Positions 50,912 to 63,132 of a DNA stretch of 64,000 nt are shown here, piece after piece. The first letter of the stretch is position 1; every line of letters starts with the position of its first letter. The stretch is from Eledone cirrhosa (lineage: Eukaryota): assembly GCA_964016885.1 (NCBI GenBank), contig OZ024743.1, forward strand, positions 308,636,001 through 308,700,000. Reading direction: 5' to 3'. The position numbers and the translations under genes are program-made. The notes beneath the pieces were generated by a model. That model searched no databases. It had not been told where the DNA came from and saw only the letters and a program-made list of their open reading frames with translations.

Positions 50912-52000
50912 TTAACCATAAGCCATGTTTAGCCATTATGAATAACATATGGTTTTCTATATACCTACGTTCAAATCTTTGAGTGAGTAATGGACAGAGT
51001 GAGGATATATGGATCCCCATTCTGCTGGTTTCATTTAACAAATTTATATATATGTGTGTGTATATATAATATACACACACACATGTGTTGGACATATGAC
51101 AAGTATCACTCTAAGAATGATTGTAATGATGATTCTGTATAAGTGTGAGCTGGTTCATAGCAGCTTTGCTGGTCTTAGGACTTGGATACTTTCAATACCA
51201 TCCACACTGATCTAAAATTTTATATAACCTTTTTCACTATTTGCTGTATATAATCGAATATAAGCCTATCTGAATATGAGCCATATTATATATTTTATAT
51301 CTGAGAAATGGGCAAAAATACAAAGCCAACACATTGTTTAGATGGCATGGTTTTGAAATTCTCATGAGTGGAGAATATATTTATGAAGTTTTAATATTTT
51401 GATATTTAAAATGTTTTAAGTGTTGTTAAGGGTATAGTTTTTGTTTCAAAACTTCATTACATAATGATCTTTTTTTACCAATTTCCTACTGTTTTGCATA
51501 TTCATTGAAAACATAAAAAACAATAGGTAATATGAATTTTATGTCCAAAGTGAAACCGGTGTAATATTCACCTCCAAAGTGTAACCGATGTAATAGTCTC
51601 CTTCAAAGTGAGACCGGTATAATTGTCATCCCTAAAACGAAAATGTTTTAGCATCTCATTTACATAAAATCGTGAAAATCGGCAAAATATTAATGCCCCC
51701 TCCCATTTTACCATCAATTTATTTCTTTTTTGTCAGATATTTTTTGGTTTATATACAAGTATATACACTAATCTGTGATACTCAGGCAAGGGATTGGCAG
51801 AATCGTTAGAACATTGGACAAAATACTTTGTGGCATTTGTTCTGATTCTTTACATTTTGTGTTGAAATTCCACCCAAGGTCATCTTTTACCTTACATCCA
51901 TTATTTATTCTCCGATACTGTATCATTTTTTTTTTTGTATTTTTGTTAATTTTATTTGAAAATTAAAGCTTTCTTCATTTCTTTTTTTTCACTTTTGTAG

Positions 52001-52081
52001 AATTCCTGTACTGAAGTTAGAAAACGGAAAGAAATGGAGTATGAAATTATCCACAGCAGCATTAAGGGTTGGGAAGGGGAG
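52001..52081 (+). CDS. ARHGEF7: PIX exon: DH-PH junction
   Basis: ttgtag| and |gtaggt. 81 nt, phase 0 to 0. NSCTEVRKRKEMEYEIIHSSIKGWEGE (cf. beta-PIX CQEVRKRKELE...WEGD). Confidence 0.95.
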
Positions 52082-52169
52082 GTAGGTTCAGTTTTAGTTT
52101 ATATACATAACATGCACACACACATATATATATCTATGTTGATATATATATATCATTAAAAAAGATATT

Positions 52170-52210
<41 letters not shown>

Positions 52211-52315
52211 TATTTTAATACTCAATGTGTGTCTGGTTGTTTGTTGGATGTCACAGTTGATAACGTATATTCCTGTATATATATATATATGTATCTATAT
52301 ATCTATATGTGTGTG

Positions 52316-52565
52316 TGAAGGCGCAAGGCCTAGTGTTTAGAGCATTGTGAGTTTGCGAGTTCAATTCTCGGACTGGGCTTTGTGTTGCATTCTTGAGCTA
52401 GACACTTTATTTCACGTTGTTCCAGTTCACTCAGCTGTAGAAATGAGTTGTGATGTCACTTTTGCCAAACTGTATCGGCCATTGCTTTCCCTTGGACATC
52501 ATTGGTGGCATGGAGAAGGGAGACTGGTATGCATGGGTGACTGCTGGTCTTCCACAAACAACCTG
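52316..52565 (+). mobile_element. tRNA-derived SINE (family B-type head)
   Basis: gaaggcgc..ggcctagtg head, gagttcaattctc B-box, ttcttgagc.agacactttatttcacgttg.tccagttcactcagctg core. Confidence 0.7.
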
Positions 52566-52730
52566 GGGTTTTTACTCTTTATCCTATATATATATATTTA
52601 TACATATATTCATTAGTTAAGCAAAACAAGACCACAAATTTCACAAGGAAGACATTATTAAAAGATTGTCAAAATATTTTAGTTTGATGTAAGGAATGTA
52701 GAGAATAATAATAATAATATTAATAATAAT

Positions 52731-52915
52731 TGTTTCTACTTTAGGCACAAGGCCAGCAATCACCCAGTGCATTACTGGTACTTTATTTTATCGACCCCGT
52801 AAGGATGAAAGGCAAAGTCAACCTCGGCGGGATTTGAACTCAGATCGTAAAGGGACGTAACTATGTTGGAAAGCATGGCATCCGACCCTCTACCGATACT
52901 GCCAATCCACCACCC
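52731..52915 (-). mobile_element. tRNA-derived SINE (family A), full length
   Basis: Complete family consensus, flanked by the direct repeat taataatattaataataat. Confidence 0.85.
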
Positions 52916-52942
52916 TTAATAATATTAATAATAATAATGTCC

Positions 52943-53062
52943 GTTTACAATTGTTTCGCTACTCCATATAATATTTCTGGATCAGATGACTATATATCAT
53001 AATTGATCTGGTTCAGTTGAAAATAATTAACATATTTAAAAAACAGAGTGGCTCATCGGAAC
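52943..53062 (-). ncRNA. Type I hammerhead ribozyme candidate at the PLE 3' end
   Basis: GUU-CCGAUGA-GCCACUC-(81 nt)-GAGUAGC-GAAAC-AAUU-GUA/AAC on the minus strand. Palindromic stem III ACAAUUGU. Confidence 0.72.
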
Positions 53063-53438
53063 TTCAAAGGAATATAAATTAAAATAATGGGATAATGTTA
53101 CATAATATAATGTTCCATATATTGGTTTTTACTATGGTGTCTTGGTTGCATCAGTTGTCAGCCATAATCAAGCAGTATTCATCTGTCGAGGCTGCAATGT
53201 GTGCGATCTGCCTATGGGTAACAAGATGGCTGCCAAAGGGAATAATTACCTTACTAATTAGAGGGTGGTTTCAGGGGAAGTAACTTCTCGAGAGATTAGA
53301 AATTGTGGGTGTTTATAGTTAAGTGCTAATTTAAAAATTTTTTTAATTGAGAGACAATGTAGGGGAGGTTACTTATAATTATCGAGTTGTTCATAGCAAT
53401 TTAACTTATTAGCTACAAGTAAAAATGGGGCTACATGA

Positions 53439-55938
53439 CTAAGTTGGGTCAAAAATTCTATTGGCGAAGGAATTAGCCCTTCGATGTTGATAGCTAATGG
53501 TTCCCTCAGTTCTATCGTTAATCGGTAGAGGTCGTGATAGAGTTATGTAATATGCTTCCGTAATACAGAGATCACAAGATTTTTTTCGTCCATTGAACGG
53601 TTGGGCCCTAGCCACGATATCCCATTTTAGTGAGTGTTGAACGTTGTTTAATTTAAGGTTTTTAATGAGCCTAGCTAGCGATGTCGAACATCTGTTGCTA
53701 GGGTCTCGGAAGGAAAAAGAGTGCGCGTTATAGCGTACCTTAAAAGGGTTAGAGGTAGACCCGATATAAGAGCTGGTATTCGAAGCAGTCTCAACCGTGC
53801 ACCTATAGACTATGTTGGGTGTCAGGCAGTGTCCATTTAATGGGCATGCATTGAGGTAACGGCAGTTGCAGTTGCTTCTGCGGTTAGTGAGAGTAGGGTT
53901 GTTTAACCTAAGCGGTAGGTCCGTGCTAGAAGGATTAGATGGGGGAGGTGTGCAACTAGAGTAATTATTGGTGTAGTGGCGTGGTGTATTTGATAGGGGT
54001 GGTGGTACCTCGGTGTGGGAGTTATACTGTCTTAGCTTATGATGGTTACTGAACGCGATGTGGCTAGCTAGGTTAGGTGTTGTGGAGAATGAGATTTTAA
54101 TGTTATTTTTATTAAAGAGTTTGTAATATCTATGGTTGGGGGGGAAGTGTTTGGATAGGATAGAGAAGAAGCGTTTGGGGATATTAGTGGCTAGATTAGA
54201 TGAGAATGGGGGGTTGAGCCAGGTGATATTTTTAGGTCTATTTCTTCTAGGGGTTCTAGTGGAGTTGGTAGGGGCCTTCCTAGGGTTATTATTACCTGGG
54301 GATTTGTTATTTGTCATCCCATTTCTCATTCCTATTCTAGGGTTGATTTTTAGTTTGCTACTTGGAGTGGGGAGCAGGCCGCTGCCACCATTAAAGTTCC
54401 CTGCATAGGTGCTGTTACTGCTAAAATTCCGGTGAATCTGGCTATATGCTAAGGTATTTCTAGTTCTAGTGTTAAGTTTATTATGGTGAATTGCTGTGTT
54501 ATGGCATTTAGGTATGTGATAAATTGATTGTTTATAACCAGATTCAGAGAGAGCCTTATAATATTGTGCGTGGTTTATAAATATCTCCTCATTTGCTGAT
54601 AGCATTGAGATCCTATAGGAGATAGATTTGATTACTGCTCTGATGTCTGCCGGTAGGTGGTTAGAGTGTGGGCTAATATATGTGAGTATTTCACCTGGTT
54701 TATGGTAAGGGTAATATAGGTTATTGTTGAGATCCAGGGTGACGTCTAGGAAGTTTACTACTTTATGGTTTGGCTCGATGGTGATAGAGAGACCGTTATT
54801 TTTAAAGAATCTATGTAATTGTTTTTTTAGCAAATCGATTCCTCGATTAGTGCAATTGTGGACTGCAAATAGGGCGTCGTCCCTGTATATTCCGCCTTGC
54901 AAGGGTTGGATTTCGGCTCTGATGTTACGTAATAGGTAAATCCCAACTAAATCGGTGATTTGCGCGGAGTCACTTGAGCCCATCGTAATGTCAAAGTTGT
55001 CTGTTCTATCTTTTCGAGTCCAGAGTGCTCTGTTGAATTTAATGATAGTCTGCCTAGCCATAAGTATGATGTTAATCTCATTATTGGTTATGTCCGAGTT
55101 GGTGGTGGCTAGGGTTAGTGCTTTGTTGAGCAGTTCCGGGGTTATTGACGCATAATAGCTGTCTATGTCAAATTGGATGAACCTCATAGAATGCTTGGAC
55201 CTTAGATCGGAGAACCATCTGATGACTTGGCCGGTGTTGGACCACAACTTGTAGGTGGTATCATCCCGTAGCCCAGGGATTATCCTATCAAGGATGTTCT
55301 TACTGATGCGGCCCAGGTCAGATGTGGTTGGGCTTATGAGTCAAATGGATGGGTTCTCTATAAAGTTTGGCTTGTGATCCTTGAGAGAGAACCTTGGGGT
55401 TGTTGGTACATAAGGGTGGGTAAATCTGTCCAGATGCAAGTCCTTACCGAAAGCCTGGGCTTTTCGGTTAAGTACGTTTACACTGGAGGGTGTAGTTTTT
55501 TTATAGTTTTTATAGAGTTCCTTAAGAAGGAAAGAGTTGTAAGTTTCAGGAGTCGTGGTGTATAGATTTTTAGATTTGTCAGACATAACATGTAAGAGGT
55601 TGCTATCTTTAAATTTTTTTTATAGTTGTTGCTAATGTAGTGAGGAAGTTATTCTTGTGTCTATAATGCTTTTTGAACTTAATGCTCCTGACGAAGTTGA
55701 ATAGATCTTTCTCAAAAGGGTCCAGCAGGATGTTGTGTGGGGAGTTCTTGCATGTGGTAAATCCATATCTATTTGCTGTACTTCGGGCGTCAGCAGCAAC
55801 CGCACGGTCAAAGTGGTACGCTTTCCATTTTATTCTTCGGATGGAGTTGACACTCTGTATTAGGAGTTTGAGGTATGTCTTTCTGTCCGGGATAGGTATG
55901 GACTTAAGTGAGATTCTGAGTTCCTGTTTGCTCAACAT
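53439..55938 (-). pseudogene. PLE polyprotein (RT plus GIY-YIG), about 830 codons, one frameshift and one internal stop
   Basis: gtcaccATG at 55938. Motifs: DKS, KDHK, FDIDSYYASI, MGSSDSAQITDL, YRDD, VNFLDVTLDL, WLNPPFS, CNCx5Cx5C, IVY...YIGST, CDLC. +1 frameshift in an A-run near 55612 and TGA at 55343-55341. Confidence 0.9.
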
Positions 55939-56095
55939 GGTGACTTCTAACAGTAAATAGCTCAACTACGAGAGCTCAATTATACACAGTTCAAGAATAA
56001 CCAATCTTAAAGAGTGAGATGGCGATAGTAGAGGAGATATATATATATTATATGCAAAGTACAAATTGTTGTATTGTTATATTAGTTATAAGTTC

Positions 56096-56138
56096 GTCAA
56101 AGTTCTTTCATCACACAGTCTGTAACCTCCTCAGTGGC
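56096..56138 (-). ncRNA. Minimal type I hammerhead ribozyme candidate upstream of the PLE ORF
   Basis: GCCA-CUGAGGA-G-GUUACA-gacug-UGUGAU-GAAA-GAAC-UU/UGAC. Confidence 0.55.
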
Positions 56139-56476
56139 TATTTGTGTTCCCCCGTGGCTCCTCTTCTTTCTGGTCTTATTTTGTTTACTCCATCTTGTCT
56201 TTCTGACAAAAGAACTTTGACGAACTAACTAATAACTAATAATAAAGCTGGAGTGAAAACAAAATAGTCCGCGTTTTGGTAACATTGGCAACATAACCAT
56301 TGCCAAATATAACATTGTTGTTTCAATTTATTTTTGTTTATTTACATATTTATACATTATTATAATTATTTACTCATCTACTACATATAATGTCAAATGT
56401 ATTCTCTAAAATTACCTGCCATATAATCCTTAACATTTCTAGTACACATTATATTGTGACTTCCCTTATATGTTAA

Positions 56477-56985
56477 CGAGTTCAAATCTCGCCAAGGTTG
56501 ACTTTACCTTTCATCCTTACGGGGTCGATAAAATAAAGTACCAGTAATGCACTGGGTAATTGCTGGCCTTGTGCCTAAAGTAGAAACAATTATTAAAGGT
56601 GGTGTATTGGCAGTATTGGTAGAGGGTCGGATTATATGCTTTCCAGCATAGTTACGTCCCTTTACGGTCTGAGTTCAAATCCCGTTGAGGTTAACTTTGC
56701 CTTTCGTCCTTACGGGGTCGATAAAATGAAGTACTAGTAATGTACTGGGTAATTGCTGGCCTTGTGCCAAAAGTATAAACAATTATTATTGGCAGAATCA
56801 GTAGAGCATGAGACAACATGCTTCGCGGCATAGTCTCTTTACATCCCGAGTTCAAATCCCACCAAGGTTAGCTTTACCGTTCATCAATACAGGTTCGATA
56901 AAATAAAGCACCAGTAATGCACTGGGGCTGTTTTAATCGACTTTTCCTTCCCACCCAAATTACACCCTTTGTGTCTATAATTATT
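56477..56985 (+). mobile_element. Three head-to-tail SINE family A copies
   Basis: Three successive gagttcaaatc...gtcgataaaat..agtaccagtaatgcactggg units. The first is 5'-truncated. Confidence 0.8.
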
Positions 56986-57416
56986 ATGAATATCTGATAA
57001 TTTATCCATCTCTAGCTGTAGTATCAACTTCATTACAATTTTGCAGTTTGTGAATTTGTCAAATATAGTTATAGTTAGAATATCAAAAAATAAACTGCAA
57101 ATATGTTTATTTTAATTTTAATTAGATTTGTCAATTTTATAAGATTATTTAAGAGAAGAAATGCATTCCTTAGTCTTCATTTAAAAAATAAAATATTTCT
57201 AATCCATATTACAACTGTACAGTTTTTAGTCTACCTATCACTCAAATGTTATTTGTTACAAACATTCTAAAGTTTTTATTTAGAATTCTTGGGGCACAAA
57301 CCTAAGACAATAGAGGTTGGGAGATTCTACAATGTTTTCATTTATATTAGAATTCAGCATTCTCTGTCAACAGGGTGGTTGGAGGGTGGTTGTCTACCTC
57401 TCTCCTAATATATATA

Positions 57417-59087
57417 TCATCATCATCATCACCGTTTTACATCCATTCTTCCACGCTAGCATGGGTTAGACAGGTTGTCCTGTTGTCTTGCTCATATGGG
57501 AACTGATTTTGGCTTGATTTCTACAGCTGGATGCCTTTCCTAACACCAACCTCATTTACAGTGAGTGCCGGGTGCTTTTTTCTGTGGCGCCTACACGACC
57601 ACTTTACAGTGTGGGCTGGGTGCTTTTTTTTCTGTGGCGCCTACATGACCAGTTTACAGTGTAGGCTGGGTGCTTTTTTGTCGTGACACCTCCATGACCA
57701 CTTGGGAGATGTCCACTTTTATCACCTCATCCCAGGTCTTCTTGGGTCTCTCCACTCTATGGCTTCCATAGACTTTTAGTGCTCTGCACCTTTTTATGCA
57801 GCTGTCATCCTTCATACGCATCACATGTCCATACCAAAACAACCTTCTATCCTGGACACAGCATTTGATTCCTCTTATGCTCAGTCTCTCTCTTAATTTG
57901 TTTATGCTTTGCCGTTCGCATGCAGGCTTCATACAGTCTGCCTTTCATTTTGAGGGAAAAGCCTTTTGCAGCTAGCAGTGGTAGTAGTTGCCTGAACTTA
58001 CCCTGGTTATTGTACTTTCAGAACACCCACCTCCGCTACTAATTTGGTCACCTAGGTAGCAGAAGCTGTCTACTTTTCTACAGAGTCCTCCTGGAGTTTG
58101 GTAGTGCTTGTTTCCTGTGGCTGTTTGCAGCTGCTACATGTAAAGCCTACATTCCTAACTAAGCTTTCTGAGATCCCACTACATCTTTTGTGTACCCATA
58201 GTTTGCTTTTGGGGCAGAGGATGGAATTCCTACCTACACCTTTCCTACATACTTAGCAAGGCCATTTCCCTGAGGGGATCTGGGTTCTGTTTTCTTGTCT
58301 ACTTATGAGAACCTTAGTTTTTGTCCGGTTGACTTTGAGACCCTTTCTTTCTAGTCCCTGCTCCCATGTTTGGAATTTTTCTTTAGTTCCGCCATAGATT
58401 CAGCTATAAGTGTAAGATCATCCGCATACAGAAGTTCCCATGGGCATCTGGTCTTAAACTCCTCTGTTATAGCCTGCAATACTATAACAAGCAGGAGAGG
58501 GCTAACAACAGAGCCCTAGTGGACACCAACCTGTATGCTAAATTCCTCGCTATAGTCATTGTTAACCCTAACTTTGCTGACTGCGCCCCTATACGTGGCT
58601 TGTACGGCTTTCACAAGCCATTCATCTACTCCTAGTTTTCTATGAGCCGACCAGATTATACGGGGGACTCTGTCGAAGGCTTTTTCCAGATCAACAAATG
58701 CCAGGTAGAGTGGCTTACTTTTTGCTAGATACTTTTCCTGTAACTGCTTCACAAGGAAGAGAGCATCAGTGGTGCTTTTTCCAGGCACAAACCCAAACTG
58801 CATCTCATCTAGTTTTGCCCAGTTCCTAATCAACTGTGCTATAACTCTTTCTGTTACTTTCATGACCTGGTCCATCAGCTTTATACCTCTATAGTTTCCT
58901 CTATCTAGTGCATCTCCTTTACCCTTGTAGCAGTTGACAATGATGTTGCAGTGCTAATCCTTTGGTATGACCCTCTCCTGTATTACCTGGTTAACAATAC
59001 GTGTGGTTATGGTGTGACCTATTGACACAGAAGCTTTCAGCATCTCGGCAGCTATACCCGATGGACCAGTTGCCTTCCCAGTCTTCA
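57417..59087 (-). mobile_element. RTE LINE, 5'-truncated with internal deletions
   Basis: QFGFVPGKSTTDA, AFVDLEKAFDRV, LLYADD, finger region, long 3' UTR and (GAT)n tail next to (TA)n. Confidence 0.9.
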
Positions 59088-59779
59088 ACATTCATTATTC
59101 CATGCTAGCATGGGTTAGACAAGTTGTCCTCTGGTGAGGCAAGTCAGTTAAGATGACTGTGTCTTGCTCATACAGAACTGTTTCTGGCTCATACAGAACT
59201 GTTTCTGACTTGGTGTTCGGAAGGGCATCCAGCTGTAGAAATCAATATTTACAGTGTGGGCTTATATATATAAACAAATGTTGGTGATATGAGAAAAAAC
59301 ACCCAGTCCACACTGTAAGATGGTCATGTTGGTGACAACAAAAAGCGCCCATTTCACCCTGTGCGATGGCTTTCGGTGTAATAACAGAAAGCACCCAGTT
59401 CACTCTCTAAGGTGGCTGTTTCAGTGCCATGATAAAAATCACCGAATTCATATTGTAACACAGTTAGCATTAGGAAGGCATCCAGCTTTAGAAACAAAGC
59501 CAAAATACAGATTTATATGAGCAAGACACAGTCACCTGACCTGACTTGTCTCATGATGTTTCAATTCATCTAACCCATGCAAGCATGGAAAAATGGATGC
59601 TAAACGATGATGATGATGAGGAGGAGCTGGTGCATCCTGTCACCAGGCCATACTATAGTTATATCTACATCAAATTACCTTAGTCTTTTTAACGAAAGAC
59701 ACGGCCTATGATTTTCAAATCATTTTGAAAATAACAAAGAGTTTTGATTTCTAGAACAAGGCATGATTTCAGGCAGTTT

Positions 59780-60160
59780 GGTATTAGAAGAGTTTAATCT
59801 GTCCTACTCTGCCTAAGTATTTATAGTTAACTACAGTGGTGGACATCTGGAGATAACACTTTATGAAAGAACTTCTCCATGGTAATTTACCACCAATATC
59901 ACCAACATTTTCAGAGAAAGAACAAAATTTGCTGAACATTGCTGGAGAGCAAAGGATGAGATCATCAGAGATGTTCTTCTTTGGGATCTGAAGCTTGAGT
60001 ACGCAAATGTTGGTAGACCACATTGAACCTACATCAAGCAACCATGCGAGGATTATGAGTGCAACCAAGAAAGCCCACCTCAAGCAATAACAGACCAAGC
60101 AGATTGGAGAGAACGAGTCATGGCCATCTGTGTTATAAGTATACCTGGATGAGGATGATG
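59780..60160 (+). mobile_element. Old RTE-type LINE 3' fragment of a different family
   Basis: Frameshifted LHGNLPPIS...KFAEHCWRAKDEIIRDVLLW, ending in GAT repeats. Confidence 0.6.
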
Positions 60161-60301
60161 ACAGTGGTAATAGTAGTAGTAGTAGTAGTAGTAATTATAT
60201 TCCATTTTCTTCTCGAAGAATTAACTTCATCATTCTGTTTATAACTTATGTCTGCATATCTGTATTTGTATAAAATTAATTTTATTTTCTGTCTTTTGCA
60301 G

Positions 60302-60451
60302 GAAATTACGCAGCTTGGTGAAGTTGTGTATTTATCACAAGTTAAACTAATAACACACACTGGTGAAAAATTGGATCGCGTCTTTGTTTTATTCCAGAAT
60401 GTACTTGTAATGTTGTCGTTAGGCCCGAGGTTGAGTGGCTACCACTATGAG
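60302..60451 (+). CDS. ARHGEF7: PIX exon: PH domain N-terminal half
   Basis: ttgcag| and |gtcagt. 150 nt, phase 0 to 0. EITQLGEVVYLSQVKLITHTGEKLDRVFVLFQNVLVMLSLGPRLSGYHYE. Confidence 0.94.
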
Positions 60452-61263
60452 GTCAGTAAAATACACTGCTAACACATTTTTATTGAATTCATGTATAAAA
60501 CACTATTTTTTCTGATCAATTTTGTTTCATTACTCTCATCATTGCCATCATCACATTCATCTTCTTCAACATGATCTTATTCATTGTCATTATCATCATT
60601 ATCAACATCATCTTTCATCCATATATTTTTCTATCCTGGCATGTGCTAGTCTGGTTTCACAAATCTAAAATATAACTCTACAGAAATCAAGACCACCAAC
60701 ATTATGTATACCCTTACCATACAAACTTGTACCTCTGTCCCTGTCTTTCTTTCACCACTTTCACACCACTTCTCTTCCATCTTATCTCATTGGATGGAAT
60801 GCTTTGCCATATTTCTTCTGTTTTTTTTTTATATTCAGAGTTCAAATCCTACCAAGGTGAACTTTGTCTTTCATCACTTTCAAGGACGCTAAAATAAAAT
60901 AAATTCTAAAGTCTGTCTGTAGCCCAGAGGCTCATCAGGTTAGTGCTTATCCTGGTTTCCATGGCATTAGGTGACTGAGAGTACAAGACTTGCCCCCTGG
61001 ACAGGATGCCAGTCCATCACAGGGTTAAAACTCCAGCTATTGCTGGTATGCATTTTCAGCTATGTATACTAAAATAACTTTCGCCTACCTTTAAAATTGT
61101 TAGCCTTGTGTCAATGTTAGAAACCATTATTTATTGACATTATTTGGTGTTAGGAAGTGCATCCAGCCATAGAAACCAAGCCAAAAACATGGACATCAGA
61201 TCTGACCAGTCACATAACAGGATAACCTGTCTAATCTAGGCAAGCTTGGGAAATGGATGTTAA

Positions 61264-61482
61264 CCCTTCAGCATTTACATTACTCTATATTTACTATTGT
61301 ATTTTCATGGTAAAGGCTTTACATCACATTATTATCTCACATAATATCGAATCTGAGATTTTGATATTATTTATTTTGAGAACAATACCTTAACATCGGT
61401 ATGAGTGGCTGGTTACAGCCAGTTTGAACAGAAAGAGGTGAGAGAATTCCGGCCAGATATGGGCAGTTTAAATGCTAAAAAG
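61264..61482. mobile_element. piggyBac-type MITE copy
   Basis: TTAA|CCCTTCAGCATTTA ... TAAATGCTAAAAAG|TTAA. Confidence 0.75.
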
Positions 61483-61587
61483 TTAATCTATGATGGTGAT
61501 GATGGATAAAAAATGAATGTTTCTATTTGTGTGTTATTTTACTGAACAGCTGATTAATGCCAGTTTGATGTGTGTTTATATTTTCAG

Positions 61588-61663
61588 GGGCAGCTGAAGT
61601 TGAGCGGGTTGTCTGTAAATAAATCTGAAGTTGAAAATATGCCTAATAGCTATGAAATCACTG
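61588..61663 (+). CDS. ARHGEF7: PIX exon: PH domain (gene continues beyond window)
   Basis: tttcag| and |gtgagt. Phase 0 to 1. GQLKLSGLSVNKSEVENMPNSYEIT (cf. beta-PIX GKLPTTGM...NAFEIS). Confidence 0.9.
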
Positions 61664-61917
61664 GTGAGTTATTAAATTCCTTTTATTCAATCACACAATT
61701 GGTATGATCCTACAGAGAAATACAGTTGAAATAGCTTTTATCCAAAATTCCCCAAAACTCTGAAATCTGAAATTCATATGGTTTTTAGGGCCAGTAGCAC
61801 CTTGGGCAAGTGCCTTCTGCTATAGCCTTCAGCTGACCAGTGCCTTGTGAGTGTATTTAGTAGACTGAAACTGTGCAAGAGCCTGACGTGTGTGTGTCTA
61901 TGTGTATATACACACAA

Positions 61918-62232
61918 ATGGCAGTATTGGTTGAAGGTCAGACGTCATGCTTTGCAACATAGTTATGGCTCTTTACGGCCTGAGTTCTAGTCCCGCCGAG
62001 GTTAACTTTGCTTTTCATCCTTACGGGGGTCGATAAAATGAAGTACCAGTAATTCACTGGGATAATTGTTGGCTTTGTGCCAAAAGTAGAAACAATTATT
62101 ATTATCATTGCTTCCTTATGGGGTTGATAAAATAAAGCACCAGTAATGCACTGTGGTTAATGTAATCGATTTTCCTCTCCCCCTTCAAATTGCTGGCCTT
62201 GTGCCTAATGTAGAAACAATTATTACTATTAC
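61918..62232 (+). mobile_element. Two tandem SINE family A copies
   Basis: A full copy ending aagtagaaacaattattatt, followed by a 5'-truncated copy. Confidence 0.78.
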
Positions 62233-62353
62233 TAGCAGAAGAACTGTCCTTATATAGTGTGCATATTGATATACGCAAATATATATGCATATAGATATGA
62301 TACATAAATTGGAAAGTAAATTGACAATATCTACATAAATTGAACAAAGACTG

Positions 62354-62646
62354 TGTTACACTTACTCTGTAATCAGTAAAGTTAAAGAAAAGTAATGTTT
62401 CTCTTTGTCGAATAAATAAATGCACAATCAAGTCTAACAATCATTTTATTTAATGCAATAATTTAGTAAATTTCCTACAACGTCAATATTTTGAGGAGCG
62501 GATCTTTCCACGTCTCTTCATGTCCGTGGTCCAAAAAGAGTGAGTGAACCTGTGGCTGTGTCCGGGTGTATTTTTGCCTCCCTTCCCTGAAGGGTTGTTA
62601 AGGGGAGGCAACTGCTAGCTACCAAGCGACCATCTCAGCCACTACA
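62354..62646 (-). mobile_element. Possible 3' LTR of the Gypsy element
   Basis: Minus strand begins TGTAGTGG at 62646, contains AATAAA near 62445-62450 and has a possible TAACA end at 62354. The polypurine tract is weak and there is no second LTR in the window to confirm. Confidence 0.3.
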
Positions 62647-63132
62647 TTCACCTCGGAGCAGATTTTTTGTCGCAAAATCGTTAACAATGAAGCGAAGGTA
62701 GTTTACAAAATGTAGAAGAATGTATCAACAAATTAAAAATTAAAAAAAAATAATAAATAGGTTCATGTCTGCAAGCATTAACACAGAAAAAAAAAGAAAA
62801 AAAAAAAAAACGTACAGTAAAAGATGCAAAATGCATGAAAAGATAACACTCTTCGTAATAAAGGGGCCCCAGATGCGATAAACAAGAAAAAAAATGTTTT
62901 GCTAGGCAATGAAAATGCCATATGTAGCATAGTTATAAAAATGCACTAAAAAAAAAGGGACTGTGTCAGAATTGACAACAGTCGTAATGTTACGCAAAAT
63001 ATAATATATTGACACTGCCGTAGGCAGTCAAGAATCCAAAAGTAACAAAATGCAATGTACAACAAAAACAATTGGAAGGAAAAAAAAATAACAAAACAAA
63101 ACAAATAAAAAAAAAAAAAAAAAAAATACAAT

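Larger units (their letters stand above)
52940..56140 (-). mobile_element. Penelope-like retroelement (Naiad-type), near full length
   Basis: One long reading frame 55938 to 53439 with RT and a C-terminal GIY-YIG endonuclease. Hammerhead-like folds at both ends. An inverted partial copy of the 5' segment at 56204-56240. Confidence 0.9.

Noticed and set aside
52729-52742. Similarity of the SINE A tail (AGTAGAAACAATT) to the PLE hammerhead end (AGTAGCGAAACAATT) suggesting PLE-driven SINE mobilisation
   Set aside because: The match is short and AT-rich, and the SINE has no CUGANGA core or stem II. Treated as coincidence.
55341-55343. In-frame TGA in the Naiad-type ORF as a possible selenocysteine codon (some Naiads encode selenoproteins)
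   Set aside because: NPSI*LISP aligns with the usual NPxxRLI motif, so the TGA sits at an Arg position and is best explained by CGA to TGA decay. The zinc-ligand cysteines are ordinary Cys codons, and I saw no convincing SECIS in 53063-53438.
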